Positions 9,588 to 20,213 of a DNA stretch of 49,946 nucleotides are shown piece after piece. How positions within the stretch are numbered: position 1 is the first letter of the stretch; each line of letters opens with the position of its first letter. This DNA comes from an uncultured Burkholderiaceae bacterium (GTDB lineage Bacteria; Pseudomonadota; Gammaproteobacteria; Burkholderiales; Burkholderiaceae_F), in the NCBI GenBank assembly GCA_964491655.1, contig CAZBHT010000001.1:1-49946 (forward strand), written 5' to 3'. Below the pieces are notes generated by a model, which worked only from the letters and a program-made list of their open reading frames with translations, was not told the DNA's origin and did not search any database. The position numbers were made by a program, and so were the translations under genes.

Positions 9588-11330
9588 ATGAGTTTAGACA
9601 AAATGGAGCCATCTGCGGAAATCCTTAATGGTTCGGAAATCCTAGTTAGAGCTCTAGCTGAAGAAGGAGTTGAACTAGTATTTGGTTATCCAGGAGGCTC
9701 TGTTCTCAATGTATATGACGCCATCGGTAAACAAGATAAGTTCAAACACGTTCTCGTTCGCCACGAACAGGGCGCCATTCATATGGCCGATGCTTATGCT
9801 CGGACGAGTAACAAAGTAGGAGTTGCTATTGTTACAAGTGGTCCGGGTGCTACTAACGCTGTGACGGGTATTGCCACAGCATTTGCAGATAGTATTCCAT
9901 TAGTTGTTATCACAGGTCAGGTGCATACTTTTGCAATCGGACAAGACGCGTTCCAGGAAGTTGATACGGTTGGTATTACACGTCCCTGTGTAAAACATAA
10001 TTTTCTCGTCAAAGATGTGAAGGACCTTGCGGTCACCATCAAAAAAGCGTTTCATATTGCCAAGACAGGACGCCCTGGTCCAGTTGTAATTGACCTTCCT
10101 AAGGATATTACGGCGGATAAATGTGAGTATGTGTATCCTAAGGTTATGGAATTACGTTCCTATCGTCCGGTTCTTAAGGGACATTTAGGTCAAATTCGCA
10201 AAGCTCTTGCTTTGTTAACAACAGCAGAAAGACCTTTGATTCACATTGGTGGTGGCGTGGTATCTGCCAATGCTAGCGAATTATTACAGCGATTTGCTTC
10301 TGAATTGGGAATTCCAGTGACTTCGACTTTAATGGGACTTGGAGCCATGAAGTCGAATGATAAAAAATTCTTAGGTATGGCTGGTATGCATGGTACCTAT
10401 GAAGCGAATATGGCTATGCAAAATAGCGATGTGTTGTTGGCGATTGGAGCTCGTTTTGATGATCGAGTCGTTGGTCTGCCTAAGCAATTTGCTCAAACAG
10501 GACATCGAATTATTCACGTGGACGTTGATCCTTCGTCGATTTCTAAACGAGTTCATGTTGATGTTCCTATTGTTGGAGACGTCAAAGTGGTTTTAGCTGA
10601 TATGCTCAATCAGCTAGAACAGATCGAAGAAAGACCAGATCCGGAAAAGATGGCTTCTTGGCAAAATAAAATTAACGAGTGGCGAGCTGTTCGTTGTTTA
10701 GATTATGCCAATAGTGATCGTGTGATTAAGCCTCAGTATGTACTTCAAAAACTTTTGGAAATTGGTGGAGAAGATCTCATTGTTGCAAGTGATGTTGGTC
10801 AACATCAAATGTGGTGTGCACAGTATCTGCCATTTTCTAAACCAAGACGTTGGCTGACTTCAGGTGGTCTAGGTACGATGGGAGTCGGTCTTCCTTATGG
10901 TATCGGTGCCTGCAAGGCAAGTCCAAATTCACCTGTTGCGGTAGTTACTGGGGATGGTTCTATTCAGATGAATATTCAAGAGTTGGCAACTGCTAAACAA
11001 GAAGGTGTTGCTCCCAAGATTATTCTGTTGAATAACAATTACTTAGGTATGGTTCGTCAGTGGCAAGAATTAGAGTATGGAAAGAGATATTCTCAGTCCC
11101 ATATGGAAGTAACGCCGAACTTTAAGGCTCTTGCAGAGGCTTATGGCCACATTGGTATTGTTGTAGAAAAGCCTGAAGATGTTGAACCGGTGTTACGAGA
11201 TGCCTTTGGTAAGTATCGCAATCAATTGGTATTTATAGATTTTCATGTAGATCCAACTGAAAATGTCTGGCCGATGATTAAGGCTGGTAGTGGTCTTACA
11301 GAAATGTTATTGGGTTCGGAGAAAATCTAA
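9588..11330 (+). CDS. ilvI: Acetolactate synthase (biosynthetic) large subunit
   Basis: 580 aa, ThDP enzyme. Motifs include GYPGGSVL, VTSGPGATN and the ThDP-binding GDGSIQMNIQEL...NN. It is followed by the small-subunit gene. Confidence 0.95.
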   Translation: MSLDKMEPSAEILNGSEILVRALAEEGVELVFGYPGGSVLNVYDAIGKQDKFKHVLVRHEQGAIHMADAYARTSNKVGVAIVTSGPGATNAVTGIATAFADSIPLVVITGQVHTFAIGQDAFQEVDTVGITRPCVKHNFLVKDVKDLAVTIKKAFHIAKTGRPGPVVIDLPKDITADKCEYVYPKVMELRSYRPVLKGHLGQIRKALALLTTAERPLIHIGGGVVSANASELLQRFASELGIPVTSTLMGLGAMKSNDKKFLGMAGMHGTYEANMAMQNSDVLLAIGARFDDRVVGLPKQFAQTGHRIIHVDVDPSSISKRVHVDVPIVGDVKVVLADMLNQLEQIEERPDPEKMASWQNKINEWRAVRCLDYANSDRVIKPQYVLQKLLEIGGEDLIVASDVGQHQMWCAQYLPFSKPRRWLTSGGLGTMGVGLPYGIGACKASPNSPVAVVTGDGSIQMNIQELATAKQEGVAPKIILLNNNYLGMVRQWQELEYGKRYSQSHMEVTPNFKALAEAYGHIGIVVEKPEDVEPVLRDAFGKYRNQLVFIDFHVDPTENVWPMIKAGSGLTEMLLGSEKI

Positions 11331-11824
11331 TGAAAAAACATGTGATTTCTGTTCTGCTGGAAAATGAACCTGGAGCGCTTTCTCGCGTAGTTGGCTTGTT
11401 TTCTGCGAGGGGTTATAACATTGATACGATCACAGCGGCTCCGACCGAAGATCCCACCATTTCTCGCATGACGATTGTTAGTTTGGGTGATGATGATTTG
11501 ATTGAACAAATCACCAAACACCTAAATCGTTTGATCGAAGTGATTAAAGTGGTAGACCTGACAGAAGGTGAGCATGCTGAACGCGAAATGATGTTACTGA
11601 AAGTACGCGCTATTGGTCGAGACCGGGAAGAAATGAAAAGATTAGCGGATATCTTCAGAGGTCGGATTATTGATGTAACAGATCGAACTTATACGATCGA
11701 ACTTACTGGTGACTCTAGTAAGTTGGATGCCCTCGTGAAGGCGGTAGAACCAACGGCTATTTTAGAAATGGTAAGAACAGGTACTTGTGGTATCGGTCGT
11801 GGTGATCGAATTTTACGTTTGTAG
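11330..11824 (+). CDS. ilvH: Acetolactate synthase small (regulatory) subunit
   Basis: 164 aa. ISVLLENEPGALSRVVGLFSARGYNI (ACT domain) is near-colinear with IlvH. The start overlaps the ilvI stop (TAATG). Confidence 0.95.
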   Translation: MKKHVISVLLENEPGALSRVVGLFSARGYNIDTITAAPTEDPTISRMTIVSLGDDDLIEQITKHLNRLIEVIKVVDLTEGEHAEREMMLLKVRAIGRDREEMKRLADIFRGRIIDVTDRTYTIELTGDSSKLDALVKAVEPTAILEMVRTGTCGIGRGDRILRL

Positions 11825-11860
11825 TATTGCGAATAATTTAACTTAATTTAATTGACTTGA

Positions 11861-12892
<1,032 letters not shown>

Positions 12893-12917
12893 TTTTTAGT
12901 CGCACTTAATAAAATAA

Positions 12918-12961
12918 CGAGCTGATATTGATTTACCGTCAATATCGGCTCGAGTTGTTTT
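12918..12961 (+). terminator. Intrinsic terminator after ilvC
   Basis: 14-bp stem cgagctgatattga (12918-12931) / tcaatatcggctcg (12939-12952) with one G-U pair, followed by agttgtttt. Confidence 0.75.
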
Positions 12962-12992
12962 AAGAACTTGTTTGTTTACTTCTGTGAAGATT

Positions 12993-13865
12993 CTATCGTT
13001 TCTGACGATTACTGTGACGAATCGAGTCAAAAGTAAAGAATAAAACTGCCGTCCAAATAAATAAGAATCCAATAAATAGCGTTATATTAAAAGGTTCATG
13101 AAACGCGAAAACACCAAGAAGGAAAACCATCGAGGGACTGACGTATTGAATAATTCCTACGGTGGAGTAGTTAATACGACGAACACCTGAGGCAAAAAGT
13201 AAAAGAGGGACGGTTGTGATGGGGCCTGCGGCGATCAATAAAAGCTGTATCGAGGTTGGTGCCGTTGCAAAAGCTAAGCTATTTTGGCTGTAAAGCCAGG
13301 CAAGGAAACCAAGGGCGATAGGAGTCAGAATCAAGGTTTCTAAAGCTAAGCCTTCAATACTGCCCAAAGGAGCTGTTTTGCGGATTAGGCCGTAAACGGC
13401 AAAAGTGGTGGCCATGGTCAGACCAAGCCAAGGAGCGCTTCCTGTTTTCCAAGTAATCCAGATAACACCAATTAAAGCCAGCAATACACATACTTTTTGA
13501 AGAGAGCGTAACTTTTCCTTTAAAAAATAAGCACCAAGTGCTACAGATATCAGAGGATTGATAAAGTATCCTAAAGATGCCTCTAGGGTTCTGTCATGAA
13601 CAATGGCATAAACATAGGTTCCCCAATTAATGGCTAAAAGGAATGAGGAACAAAAGAAAATCAAAATAACTCGTCCGTTACAAGCCTTTTTTAGCCAATT
13701 CCATTGTTTTAATAAAAATAGAATAAAAAAAATCAGAACGGCTGACCAGATAATACGATGCCCTATGATTTCCGTTGCATCAACCATGTTAATGCTACGG
13801 AAATACAAGGGAAAGAGTCCCCACAGAATGTAAGAACTCAACGTAAACAGTACCCCAGAATTCAT
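12993..13865 (-). CDS. rarD: RarD protein (EamA/DMT-family transporter)
   Basis: 10-TM profile. YILWGLFPLYF, EASLGYFINPL, LLLIAAGPITTVPLLLF and QYVSPSMVFLLGVF are colinear with E. coli RarD. Confidence 0.85.
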   Translation of the reverse strand: MNSGVLFTLSSYILWGLFPLYFRSINMVDATEIIGHRIIWSAVLIFFILFLLKQWNWLKKACNGRVILIFFCSSFLLAINWGTYVYAIVHDRTLEASLGYFINPLISVALGAYFLKEKLRSLQKVCVLLALIGVIWITWKTGSAPWLGLTMATTFAVYGLIRKTAPLGSIEGLALETLILTPIALGFLAWLYSQNSLAFATAPTSIQLLLIAAGPITTVPLLLFASGVRRINYSTVGIIQYVSPSMVFLLGVFAFHEPFNITLFIGFLFIWTAVLFFTFDSIRHSNRQKR

Positions 13866-13894
13866 GTAAATAAATCTTTAGTGAAAGAACGTAT

Positions 13895-14797
13895 TTATTC
13901 TAAGTTTTGAATTTGTTCACGCATTTGTTCGATGACTAGCTTCAGATTAACAGAGGCATCTGTCATTTCAATTGCAACCGCTTTACTTCCCAGTGTATTC
14001 GCTTCTCGATTGAGTTCCTGCATAAGGAAATCCAACCGACGACCAACAGAACCACCGTTAGCTAAGACTCTTCGGCATTCATTGACGTGAGTTAGAAGTC
14101 GATTAATTTCTTCATCCACATCCATCTTCATGCCGTAAAGGGTAACCTCTTGACGGATACGATCGTTGATTTCTTCACGAGATAGGCTAGTTTGATTTAA
14201 AAGAGGTTGTGTTAATGCTTCATCGAGACGATCAGAGAGTTTTTTCTTCATAGCCAGAAGAATTTCTGGGATTCTAGGACGAATCTCGTTTACGATTGCC
14301 TCGATTTGATCACAATAATTTAATAATATCTTAGATAAGGCTTGACCTTCACGATGTCGGCTAGACACTAGCATTGCCAAACTTTGTTCTAGAGCCTCAA
14401 TGATTTGTTTTTCAAATAATTCTCGATCATTTGCAAGAGGAACAATAATTCCGGGGAAGCGCAAAAGATCCGACACGCTCATAGAACGAATGTTGGGGAT
14501 TTTTTTTGTAAGTTGAGCCTGAAGATTTAATAGTTGCTCTAGCGCAGTTTCATCTAATTCAGTTGCAGGCTTTTTTTCTCCATTAAGATTCAGACGAACT
14601 TCTATTTTTCCGCGATTAATGTGACTTTGGATAATTTCTCTTACCTTGGGTTCGACGAAGCGGACTTCATCAGAAAGACGAACCGTTAAATCTAAAAAAC
14701 GAGAATTAACAGTTTTTATTTCGCACACTAAATTCCCCAATTCGGTCTGAACGGTTGAATTAGCAAATCCAGTCATACTTGAAAGTGGCTTGGTCAA
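13895..14797 (-). CDS. yicC: YicC family stress-induced protein (UPF0701)
   Basis: SMTGFA N-terminus, EIKTVNSRFLDL, and C-terminal EANTLGSK...REQIQNLE. The start is TTG, 5 nt after gggaga. Confidence 0.85.
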   Translation of the reverse strand: MTKPLSSMTGFANSTVQTELGNLVCEIKTVNSRFLDLTVRLSDEVRFVEPKVREIIQSHINRGKIEVRLNLNGEKKPATELDETALEQLLNLQAQLTKKIPNIRSMSVSDLLRFPGIIVPLANDRELFEKQIIEALEQSLAMLVSSRHREGQALSKILLNYCDQIEAIVNEIRPRIPEILLAMKKKLSDRLDEALTQPLLNQTSLSREEINDRIRQEVTLYGMKMDVDEEINRLLTHVNECRRVLANGGSVGRRLDFLMQELNREANTLGSKAVAIEMTDASVNLKLVIEQMREQIQNLE

Positions 14798-14922
14798 GGA
14801 AATCTCCCAAAATCATCTGTTAAATAGGTAAACGATTTTACTCTTTCTTCTGACATGATCCTGAGGAAAGCTATTTTTTATAAGCGTTACAATTAACGAT
14901 AACTTATGTACAGGAGGATAAA

Positions 14923-15648
14923 GTGGCAGAAGTAGCTTGGAGTCGCCCAAGTGGTAGACAACCTGAAGAGATGCGTTCCGTTCGGATTACTCGTAACTAC
15001 ACAATGCATGCTGAGGGATCTGTGTTAATTGAAGTTGGAAACACAAAAGTAATCTGTACGGCTAGCGTAGAAGAGAAAGTTCCTGGATGGCTAAAAGACG
15101 CTAATCAAGGATGGATTACGGCAGAATACGGCATGTTACCTCGTTCTACTGGGACAAGAGTCGAGCGAGAAGCGGTTCGTGGAAAACAAAGCGGACGTAC
15201 GCAAGAAATCCAACGATTAATTGGTCGATCTCTTCGTTCTGTTGTTAATTTGAAAGCGTTAGGTCCTCGAACAATTAAAATCGACTGTGATGTAATTCAA
15301 GCCGATGGTGGGACTCGGTGTGCATCGATTACCGGGGCTTTTGTCGCACTTCGAGATGCGTTAAATAAACTGATTGAGAAAAACTTGGTTGAAAAGACTG
15401 TGATTTTGAGTAACGTTGCGGCGATTTCAGTTGGTATCTATAAAGGACATCCGGTCTGTGATGTGGATTACGCAGAAGATCATGAATGCGATACGGATAT
15501 GAATGTCGTAATGACTGGACAGGGCCGATTCGTTGAAATCCAAGGAACAGCAGAAGGGGTGCCTTTTAGTGAGGTTGAATTGAATCAACTGATCACCATG
15601 GCAAAATCAGGCATTAAAAATTTGATCGAAATCCAAAATAATCTTTAG
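14923..15648 (+). CDS. rph: Ribonuclease PH
   Basis: [34 protein letters not shown] and [12 protein letters not shown] are present. The start is GTG after AGGAGG. Confidence 0.95.
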   Translation: MAEVAWSRPSGRQPEEMRSVRITRNYTMHAEGSVLIEVGNTKVICTASVEEKVPGWLKDANQGWITAEYGMLPRSTGTRVEREAVRGKQSGRTQEIQRLIGRSLRSVVNLKALGPRTIKIDCDVIQADGGTRCASITGAFVALRDALNKLIEKNLVEKTVILSNVAAISVGIYKGHPVCDVDYAEDHECDTDMNVVMTGQGRFVEIQGTAEGVPFSEVELNQLITMAKSGIKNLIEIQNNL

Positions 15649-15665
15649 AAATTAAGGAACGTTGT

Positions 15666-16262
15666 ATGACAAGAAAGATTGTCCTAGCGAGCAATAACAA
15701 AAAAAAATTAGGTGAGTTAAATGACTTACTTAAATCGATCAATGTTGAGGTGGTTTCTCAAGGTTCTTTGGGTGTTGAGTCGGTAGAAGAACCCTTCCAT
15801 ACTTTTTTAGAAAATTCGTTAGTAAAAGCTCGACATGCTTCAAAAAGCACGGGACTTCCAGCTATAGCAGACGATTCAGGGATTTGTGTAGATGCTTTGG
15901 GGGGAATGCCTGGCGTATTTAGCGCTCGATATGCGGGAGAATCATCGGACGATGCTCGCAACAATGCAAAATTAATCGCTTCTTTACAAGGTGTTGAAAA
16001 TCGTAAAGCTCACTACACATGCGTGATTACAGCAGTCCGAAGTGCTGACGATCCAGAACCGCTAATTGCTATTGGTGTATGGGATGGTGCAATCAGTGAT
16101 GAGGCTAAAGGGGAGGGTGGCTTTGGATATGATCCTTACTTTGTTTTGCCGGACGGAAGACACGCTGCGGAGTTAACGGCTACGGAAAAAAACGAAGTCA
16201 GCCACAGAGGTAAAGCCGTTCGCGCTATGTTGAATCTCATTAAAGAGCGTTGGTATTGGTAA
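15666..16262 (+). CDS. rdgB: dITP/XTP pyrophosphatase (non-canonical purine NTP pyrophosphatase)
   Basis: IVLASNNKKKLGEL, FGYDPYF and SHRGKA motifs are present. It sits in the conserved rph-rdgB-hemW order. Confidence 0.93.
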   Translation: MTRKIVLASNNKKKLGELNDLLKSINVEVVSQGSLGVESVEEPFHTFLENSLVKARHASKSTGLPAIADDSGICVDALGGMPGVFSARYAGESSDDARNNAKLIASLQGVENRKAHYTCVITAVRSADDPEPLIAIGVWDGAISDEAKGEGGFGYDPYFVLPDGRHAAELTATEKNEVSHRGKAVRAMLNLIKERWYW

Positions 16263-16263
16263 G

Positions 16264-17400
16264 ATGATACCGCTTTCCCTATATATTCATTGGCCATGGT
16301 GCCTCAAGAAGTGCCCTTATTGTGATTTTAATTCTTATTCAAAATCACAAAAAGATATCCCTGAAGAGCAGTATGTGGATTGTTTAAAAAAAGCTTTTCT
16401 GCATCAATTACCTTGGATTAAGGATAGAACAATAGAAACTATTTTTTGGGGAGGAGGGACTCCTTCACTTATGAAGGCGAGTTCTATTGAGTCGATTCTT
16501 TCGTTTATTAGTCAGAATGCTCAGATGTCTTCAACAGCAGAAATTACTCTTGAGGCCAACCCTGGTACTTTAAACAGTGAATCCTATAAGGCATTTCGTC
16601 AAAGTGGAATCAATCGCTTATCTATTGGTGTCCAGAGTTTTGATGATAATAAGTTACAGTGCTTAGGTCGTATTCACTCGAAAGAGGTTGCCCTAACAGC
16701 GATTCGAGAAGCCCAACAAGAGTTTGACAATATCAATATTGATTTGATGTTTGGCTTACCAACACAAGGTTTAGAAGATCTTTGTTCTGATTTAAGTTTG
16801 GCTGTCTCAATGAATTCGACACACTTGTCTTATTACCAACTGACGATAGAACCTCAAACAATATTTGCAAAACGACCTCCACTTAATTTACCGAGCATCG
16901 ATCTAATTGATCAGATGCAAGAGAAGATTGAAACTGAAACATCAAAACAAGGTTTTGATCATTATGAGGTTTCAGGCTATGCAAAACCAGGTCGGTATTG
17001 TCTTCATAATCTTAACTATTGGGAATTTGGTGATTATTTAGGAATCGGTCCCGGAGCACATGGAAAAATTACATACGGGAACAAAATATTCCGTACGGTT
17101 TCTTTTTCTCATCCTAAAAAATGGATGAATAATGTTGAGTCTAGCGGTGGTGGACTTGAAGAAAAATATTCAGTTATTCCAGAAAATTTACCTTTCGAAT
17201 TTATGCTGAATATTCTTCGATTAAGAAAAGGGGTTTCTAAAGAGTTATGGGAGGAAAGAACCTTACTTCCATGGAGCGTAGTTGAAGAAAAATGGAATCA
17301 AGGTGTGAACCATAAATTATTGGAACCGGCAGAAAATCGACTTCAAACCACGCCTTTGGGATGGCAATTCTTGAACAATGTACAAGAAATTTTTCTCTAG
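16264..17400 (+). CDS. hemW: Radical SAM family haem chaperone HemW (HemN-like, YggW)
   Basis: LYIHWPWCLKKCPYCDF (CxxxCxxC) and GGGTPS are present. The 378-aa length is typical of HemW rather than HemN. Confidence 0.9.
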   Translation: MIPLSLYIHWPWCLKKCPYCDFNSYSKSQKDIPEEQYVDCLKKAFLHQLPWIKDRTIETIFWGGGTPSLMKASSIESILSFISQNAQMSSTAEITLEANPGTLNSESYKAFRQSGINRLSIGVQSFDDNKLQCLGRIHSKEVALTAIREAQQEFDNINIDLMFGLPTQGLEDLCSDLSLAVSMNSTHLSYYQLTIEPQTIFAKRPPLNLPSIDLIDQMQEKIETETSKQGFDHYEVSGYAKPGRYCLHNLNYWEFGDYLGIGPGAHGKITYGNKIFRTVSFSHPKKWMNNVESSGGGLEEKYSVIPENLPFEFMLNILRLRKGVSKELWEERTLLPWSVVEEKWNQGVNHKLLEPAENRLQTTPLGWQFLNNVQEIFL

Positions 17401-17409
17401 GTTTGTTCT

Positions 17410-17448
17410 TGGTGCAGAAAAAAGTATCTTTAGCACCGTTTTGGTGCA
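17410..17448 (+). promoter_or_regulatory. NtrC (NR-I) enhancer sites upstream of glnA
   Basis: AGCACCG-TTT-TGGTGCA (17432-17448) matches the NtrC dyad TGCACCA-N3-TGGTGCA at 15 of 17 positions. An extra TGGTGCA half-site lies at 17410-17416. The sites are centred about 80-110 nt upstream of the sigma-54 promoter. Confidence 0.7.
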
Positions 17449-17519
17449 ATAATTTCATAACTAGGACTAAAAATAAACTTTAACAAGATGTAATCTGCAG
17501 ATATTTGATTCAAAATATT

Positions 17520-17535
17520 TGGCACGATATTTGCT
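17520..17535 (+). promoter_or_regulatory. Sigma-54 (-24/-12) promoter of glnA (glnAp2-like)
   Basis: TGGCAC-gatat-TTGCT matches the consensus TGGCAC-N5-TTGC exactly. It ends 55 nt upstream of the glnA ATG. Confidence 0.85.
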
Positions 17536-17589
17536 TATATAAGTAAACGCTGTTTAAGTAAAACCGATTATGATTAAAGCGAGGATGTA

Positions 17590-19005
17590 ATGGCAACAAC
17601 GGTTTCCGATGTAATGGACCTGATTTCTGAGAATAAGGTTGAATTTGTCGATTTTCGATTTACTGATTTTTTAGGTAAAGAACAGCATGTGTCTGTTCCA
17701 GTTTCTGCTTTCGATGAAGATAAATTTGAAGAAGGTCATGCCTTTGATGGTTCTTCAATGAGAGGCTGGAAAGGGGTAGAGGCTGGAGATATGCAGTTGA
17801 TGCCGGATCCGGAAAGTGCTCGTATGGATCCATTTTCTGATGCACCAACTTTGATTCTTACTTGTAATGTTGTAGAGCCAACGACTGGAAAAGGATATTC
17901 CCGAGATCCTCGTTCTGTTGCTGGACGTGCTGAAGCTTATTTAAAGAGTACAGGTATTGGTGATACGGCCTTTTTTGGTCCAGAACCTGAATTCTTCATT
18001 TTTGATGGAGTTTCTTGGAATACGAGCATGAACCAGTCCTTCTTCTCGGTTGAAAGTGAAGAAGGTCATTGGATGACTGGTGCAGATATGAACGGTCATA
18101 ACTTGGGTTACCGTCCAACTGTTAGAGGTGGCTACTTCCCTGTTCCTCCGGTTGATTCTTTAACGAATATTCGTGCAGAAATGTGTACCCTGTTAGAGCA
18201 ACAGGGTGTTCCTGTTGAAGTGCACCACCATGAAGTGGGTGGCGCAGGACAGTGTGAAATTGGTACTCGTTTCTCTACGTTAACTAAGCGTGCCGACTGG
18301 ACCCAAATTATGAAGTACACCATTTGGAACGTTGCAGCGGCTTACAACAAGACAGCAACCTTTATGCCCAAACCACTCGTAGGTGATAACGGTTCTGGTA
18401 TGCACGTTCATCAGTCCATTTGGAAAGATGGTAAGAATTTATTTGCTGGTAATGGCTATGCAGGTTTGTCTGACCTAGCTCTCTACTATATTGGTGGCGT
18501 GATGAAGCACGCACGTGCACTTAATGCGATTACCAATCCTTCTACCAATAGTTATAAGCGTTTGGTTCCTGGTTTTGAAGCTCCTGTGAAGTTGGCTTAT
18601 TCGGCTCGAAACCGTTCGGCTTCTTTCCGAATTCCATATGTTGCAAGTGATAAAGCTCGTCGTGTGGAAGTTCGCTTCCCAGATCCATTGGCTAATCCGT
18701 ATCTGTGCTTTGCAGCGTTGTTAATGGCCGGTCTTGATGGTATTCAGAATAAGATTCATCCGGGCGAAGCTGCGGATAAGAACTTATATGATTTGCCACC
18801 TGAAGAAAATGCTAAGATTCCAACCGTTTGCTCTTCCCTTGAGCAGGCTTTAGGTTACCTAGCTGAAGACCATGCATTCTTAACCGCTGGTGGTGTATTT
18901 ACTGAAGATATGATTCAGGCATACATTGAGATGAAACATGCAGATGTGGTACGAGCTCAGATGGCTGTAACGCCAGAAGAGTATGACATGTACTATGCTC
19001 TGTAA
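17590..19005 (+). CDS. glnA: Glutamine synthetase, type I
   Basis: 471 aa. [29 protein letters not shown] and [17 protein letters not shown] are present, along with the adenylylation-site region [10 protein letters not shown]. Confidence 0.97.
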   Translation: MATTVSDVMDLISENKVEFVDFRFTDFLGKEQHVSVPVSAFDEDKFEEGHAFDGSSMRGWKGVEAGDMQLMPDPESARMDPFSDAPTLILTCNVVEPTTGKGYSRDPRSVAGRAEAYLKSTGIGDTAFFGPEPEFFIFDGVSWNTSMNQSFFSVESEEGHWMTGADMNGHNLGYRPTVRGGYFPVPPVDSLTNIRAEMCTLLEQQGVPVEVHHHEVGGAGQCEIGTRFSTLTKRADWTQIMKYTIWNVAAAYNKTATFMPKPLVGDNGSGMHVHQSIWKDGKNLFAGNGYAGLSDLALYYIGGVMKHARALNAITNPSTNSYKRLVPGFEAPVKLAYSARNRSASFRIPYVASDKARRVEVRFPDPLANPYLCFAALLMAGLDGIQNKIHPGEAADKNLYDLPPEENAKIPTVCSSLEQALGYLAEDHAFLTAGGVFTEDMIQAYIEMKHADVVRAQMAVTPEEYDMYYAL

Positions 19006-19035
19006 AGATCTCTTTTAAAAAGACGATGAACAATG

Positions 19036-19063
19036 GGGTATAGATTTTTCTATACCCTTTTTT
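19036..19063 (+). terminator. Intrinsic terminator/attenuator between glnA and glnL
   Basis: 9-bp stem gggtataga (19036-19044) / tctataccc (19049-19057) with loop tttt, followed by six T (19058-19063). It begins 31 nt after the glnA stop. Confidence 0.8.
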
Positions 19064-19077
19064 GTACGAGGATTGTC

Positions 19078-20178
19078 ATGTACCCAAAATCTGAACGCTT
19101 TCAAGGATTGGATTTATTGACGATTGGAGTATTAGTCGTTGATCTTCACGGAAAAATTCTTTTTGCAAACTTAGCTGCGGAGAGCCTATTCGGTAAATCG
19201 GAGAAATTGCTTCGAGATGGTCACTACGCGACGATGATTGATGGAGCAGAAAGCTGGATTCAGTCTTATGCGAATAATCCTTCAATTAATTTTACTGTTC
19301 AGGGGCAATTGACTGAACTCCATTGTTCTCCTCAAGAATCTGTACAAGTTTATATTTCAATTAATCCCGTTACGGATGACCCGAATCAGTTGATTATCGA
19401 GTTGGTTCCTGCTCAGCTTGCTTTGCAACAGAGACAAGAGCGACGGATGAGTGAGTTATCAGAACAAACTCGACGATTATTAAGAAATCTAGCGCATGAA
19501 ATAAAAAATCCTTTGGGTGGAATTCGCGGAGCGGCGCAGTTACTACAAAGTGAATTAAAAGATCCAGAGAATCGCGAATACACAGAAGTCATAATCAGCG
19601 AGGCTGATCGACTACAGGTATTGGTCGATAAAATTCTGGTTCCATATCGTCGTTTATATCAACCGTGCTCGGTGAATATCCACGAAATTTTAGAACGTGT
19701 TAGAAAATTAGTGGAATCAGAATTTTCTGAAGGATTAGAAATAATCCGCGACTATGATATTAGCGTTCCTGATATGACGGGTGATAAAGGACAACTGACA
19801 CAAATTTTTCTTAATGTTTTAAGAAACTCTGCTGAAGCCTTGACGACTAAAATGATCGAAGGGAATGCTCAAATTATTCTTCGCACAAGAGTGGTGCATC
19901 ACGTTTTTATCGGTCAAATACGTTATAAAACAGCATTAAATATTCAAGTGATTGATAACGGAGAAGGGATCCCAAAAGAGTTACAGGAAAGTGTTTTTTA
20001 TCCTTTAGTTAGTAGTAAAACCAATGGTTCTGGTTTAGGACTTTCTTTGGTTCAAGCTTTTGTTGAGCAACATGGCGGAACCATTGATCTTAAGAGCAAT
20101 AAACATGGTACTAATTTTGGTATTTTATTTCCCCTGTCGATATCAAAAAATAATTTTTATAAAACCAAATATCAATAA
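19078..20178 (+). CDS. glnL: Nitrogen regulation sensor histidine kinase NtrB (NR-II)
   Basis: H-box LAHEIKNPLGGIRGAAQLL, IIRDYD, NVLRNSAEA, DNGEGIP and GSGLGLSL are colinear with E. coli NtrB. ATG 19078 lies after gagga. The ORF-track start 19033 lies inside the terminator hairpin. Confidence 0.9.
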   Translation: MYPKSERFQGLDLLTIGVLVVDLHGKILFANLAAESLFGKSEKLLRDGHYATMIDGAESWIQSYANNPSINFTVQGQLTELHCSPQESVQVYISINPVTDDPNQLIIELVPAQLALQQRQERRMSELSEQTRRLLRNLAHEIKNPLGGIRGAAQLLQSELKDPENREYTEVIISEADRLQVLVDKILVPYRRLYQPCSVNIHEILERVRKLVESEFSEGLEIIRDYDISVPDMTGDKGQLTQIFLNVLRNSAEALTTKMIEGNAQIILRTRVVHHVFIGQIRYKTALNIQVIDNGEGIPKELQESVFYPLVSSKTNGSGLGLSLVQAFVEQHGGTIDLKSNKHGTNFGILFPLSISKNNFYKTKYQ

Positions 20179-20213
20179 TGGATTGAATATATTCAATAAA
20201 GTGGTGAGCGGAT

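Noticed and set aside
9529-9591. A 20-codon upstream ORF (MGSHKLCCKHLINFLKGSVK) whose stop overlaps the ilvI start as ATGA. I considered it as a possible ilv leader peptide.
   Set aside because: It has no Shine-Dalgarno, no Val/Leu/Ile run and no associated terminator/antiterminator pair, so it is probably fortuitous.
19033-19077. The ORF-track start of the NtrB gene at ATG 19033 (N-terminus MGYRFFYTLFCTRIV).
   Set aside because: These codons are the two arms and U-tract of the glnA terminator hairpin. ATG 19078 has an SD and gives the homologous N-terminus.
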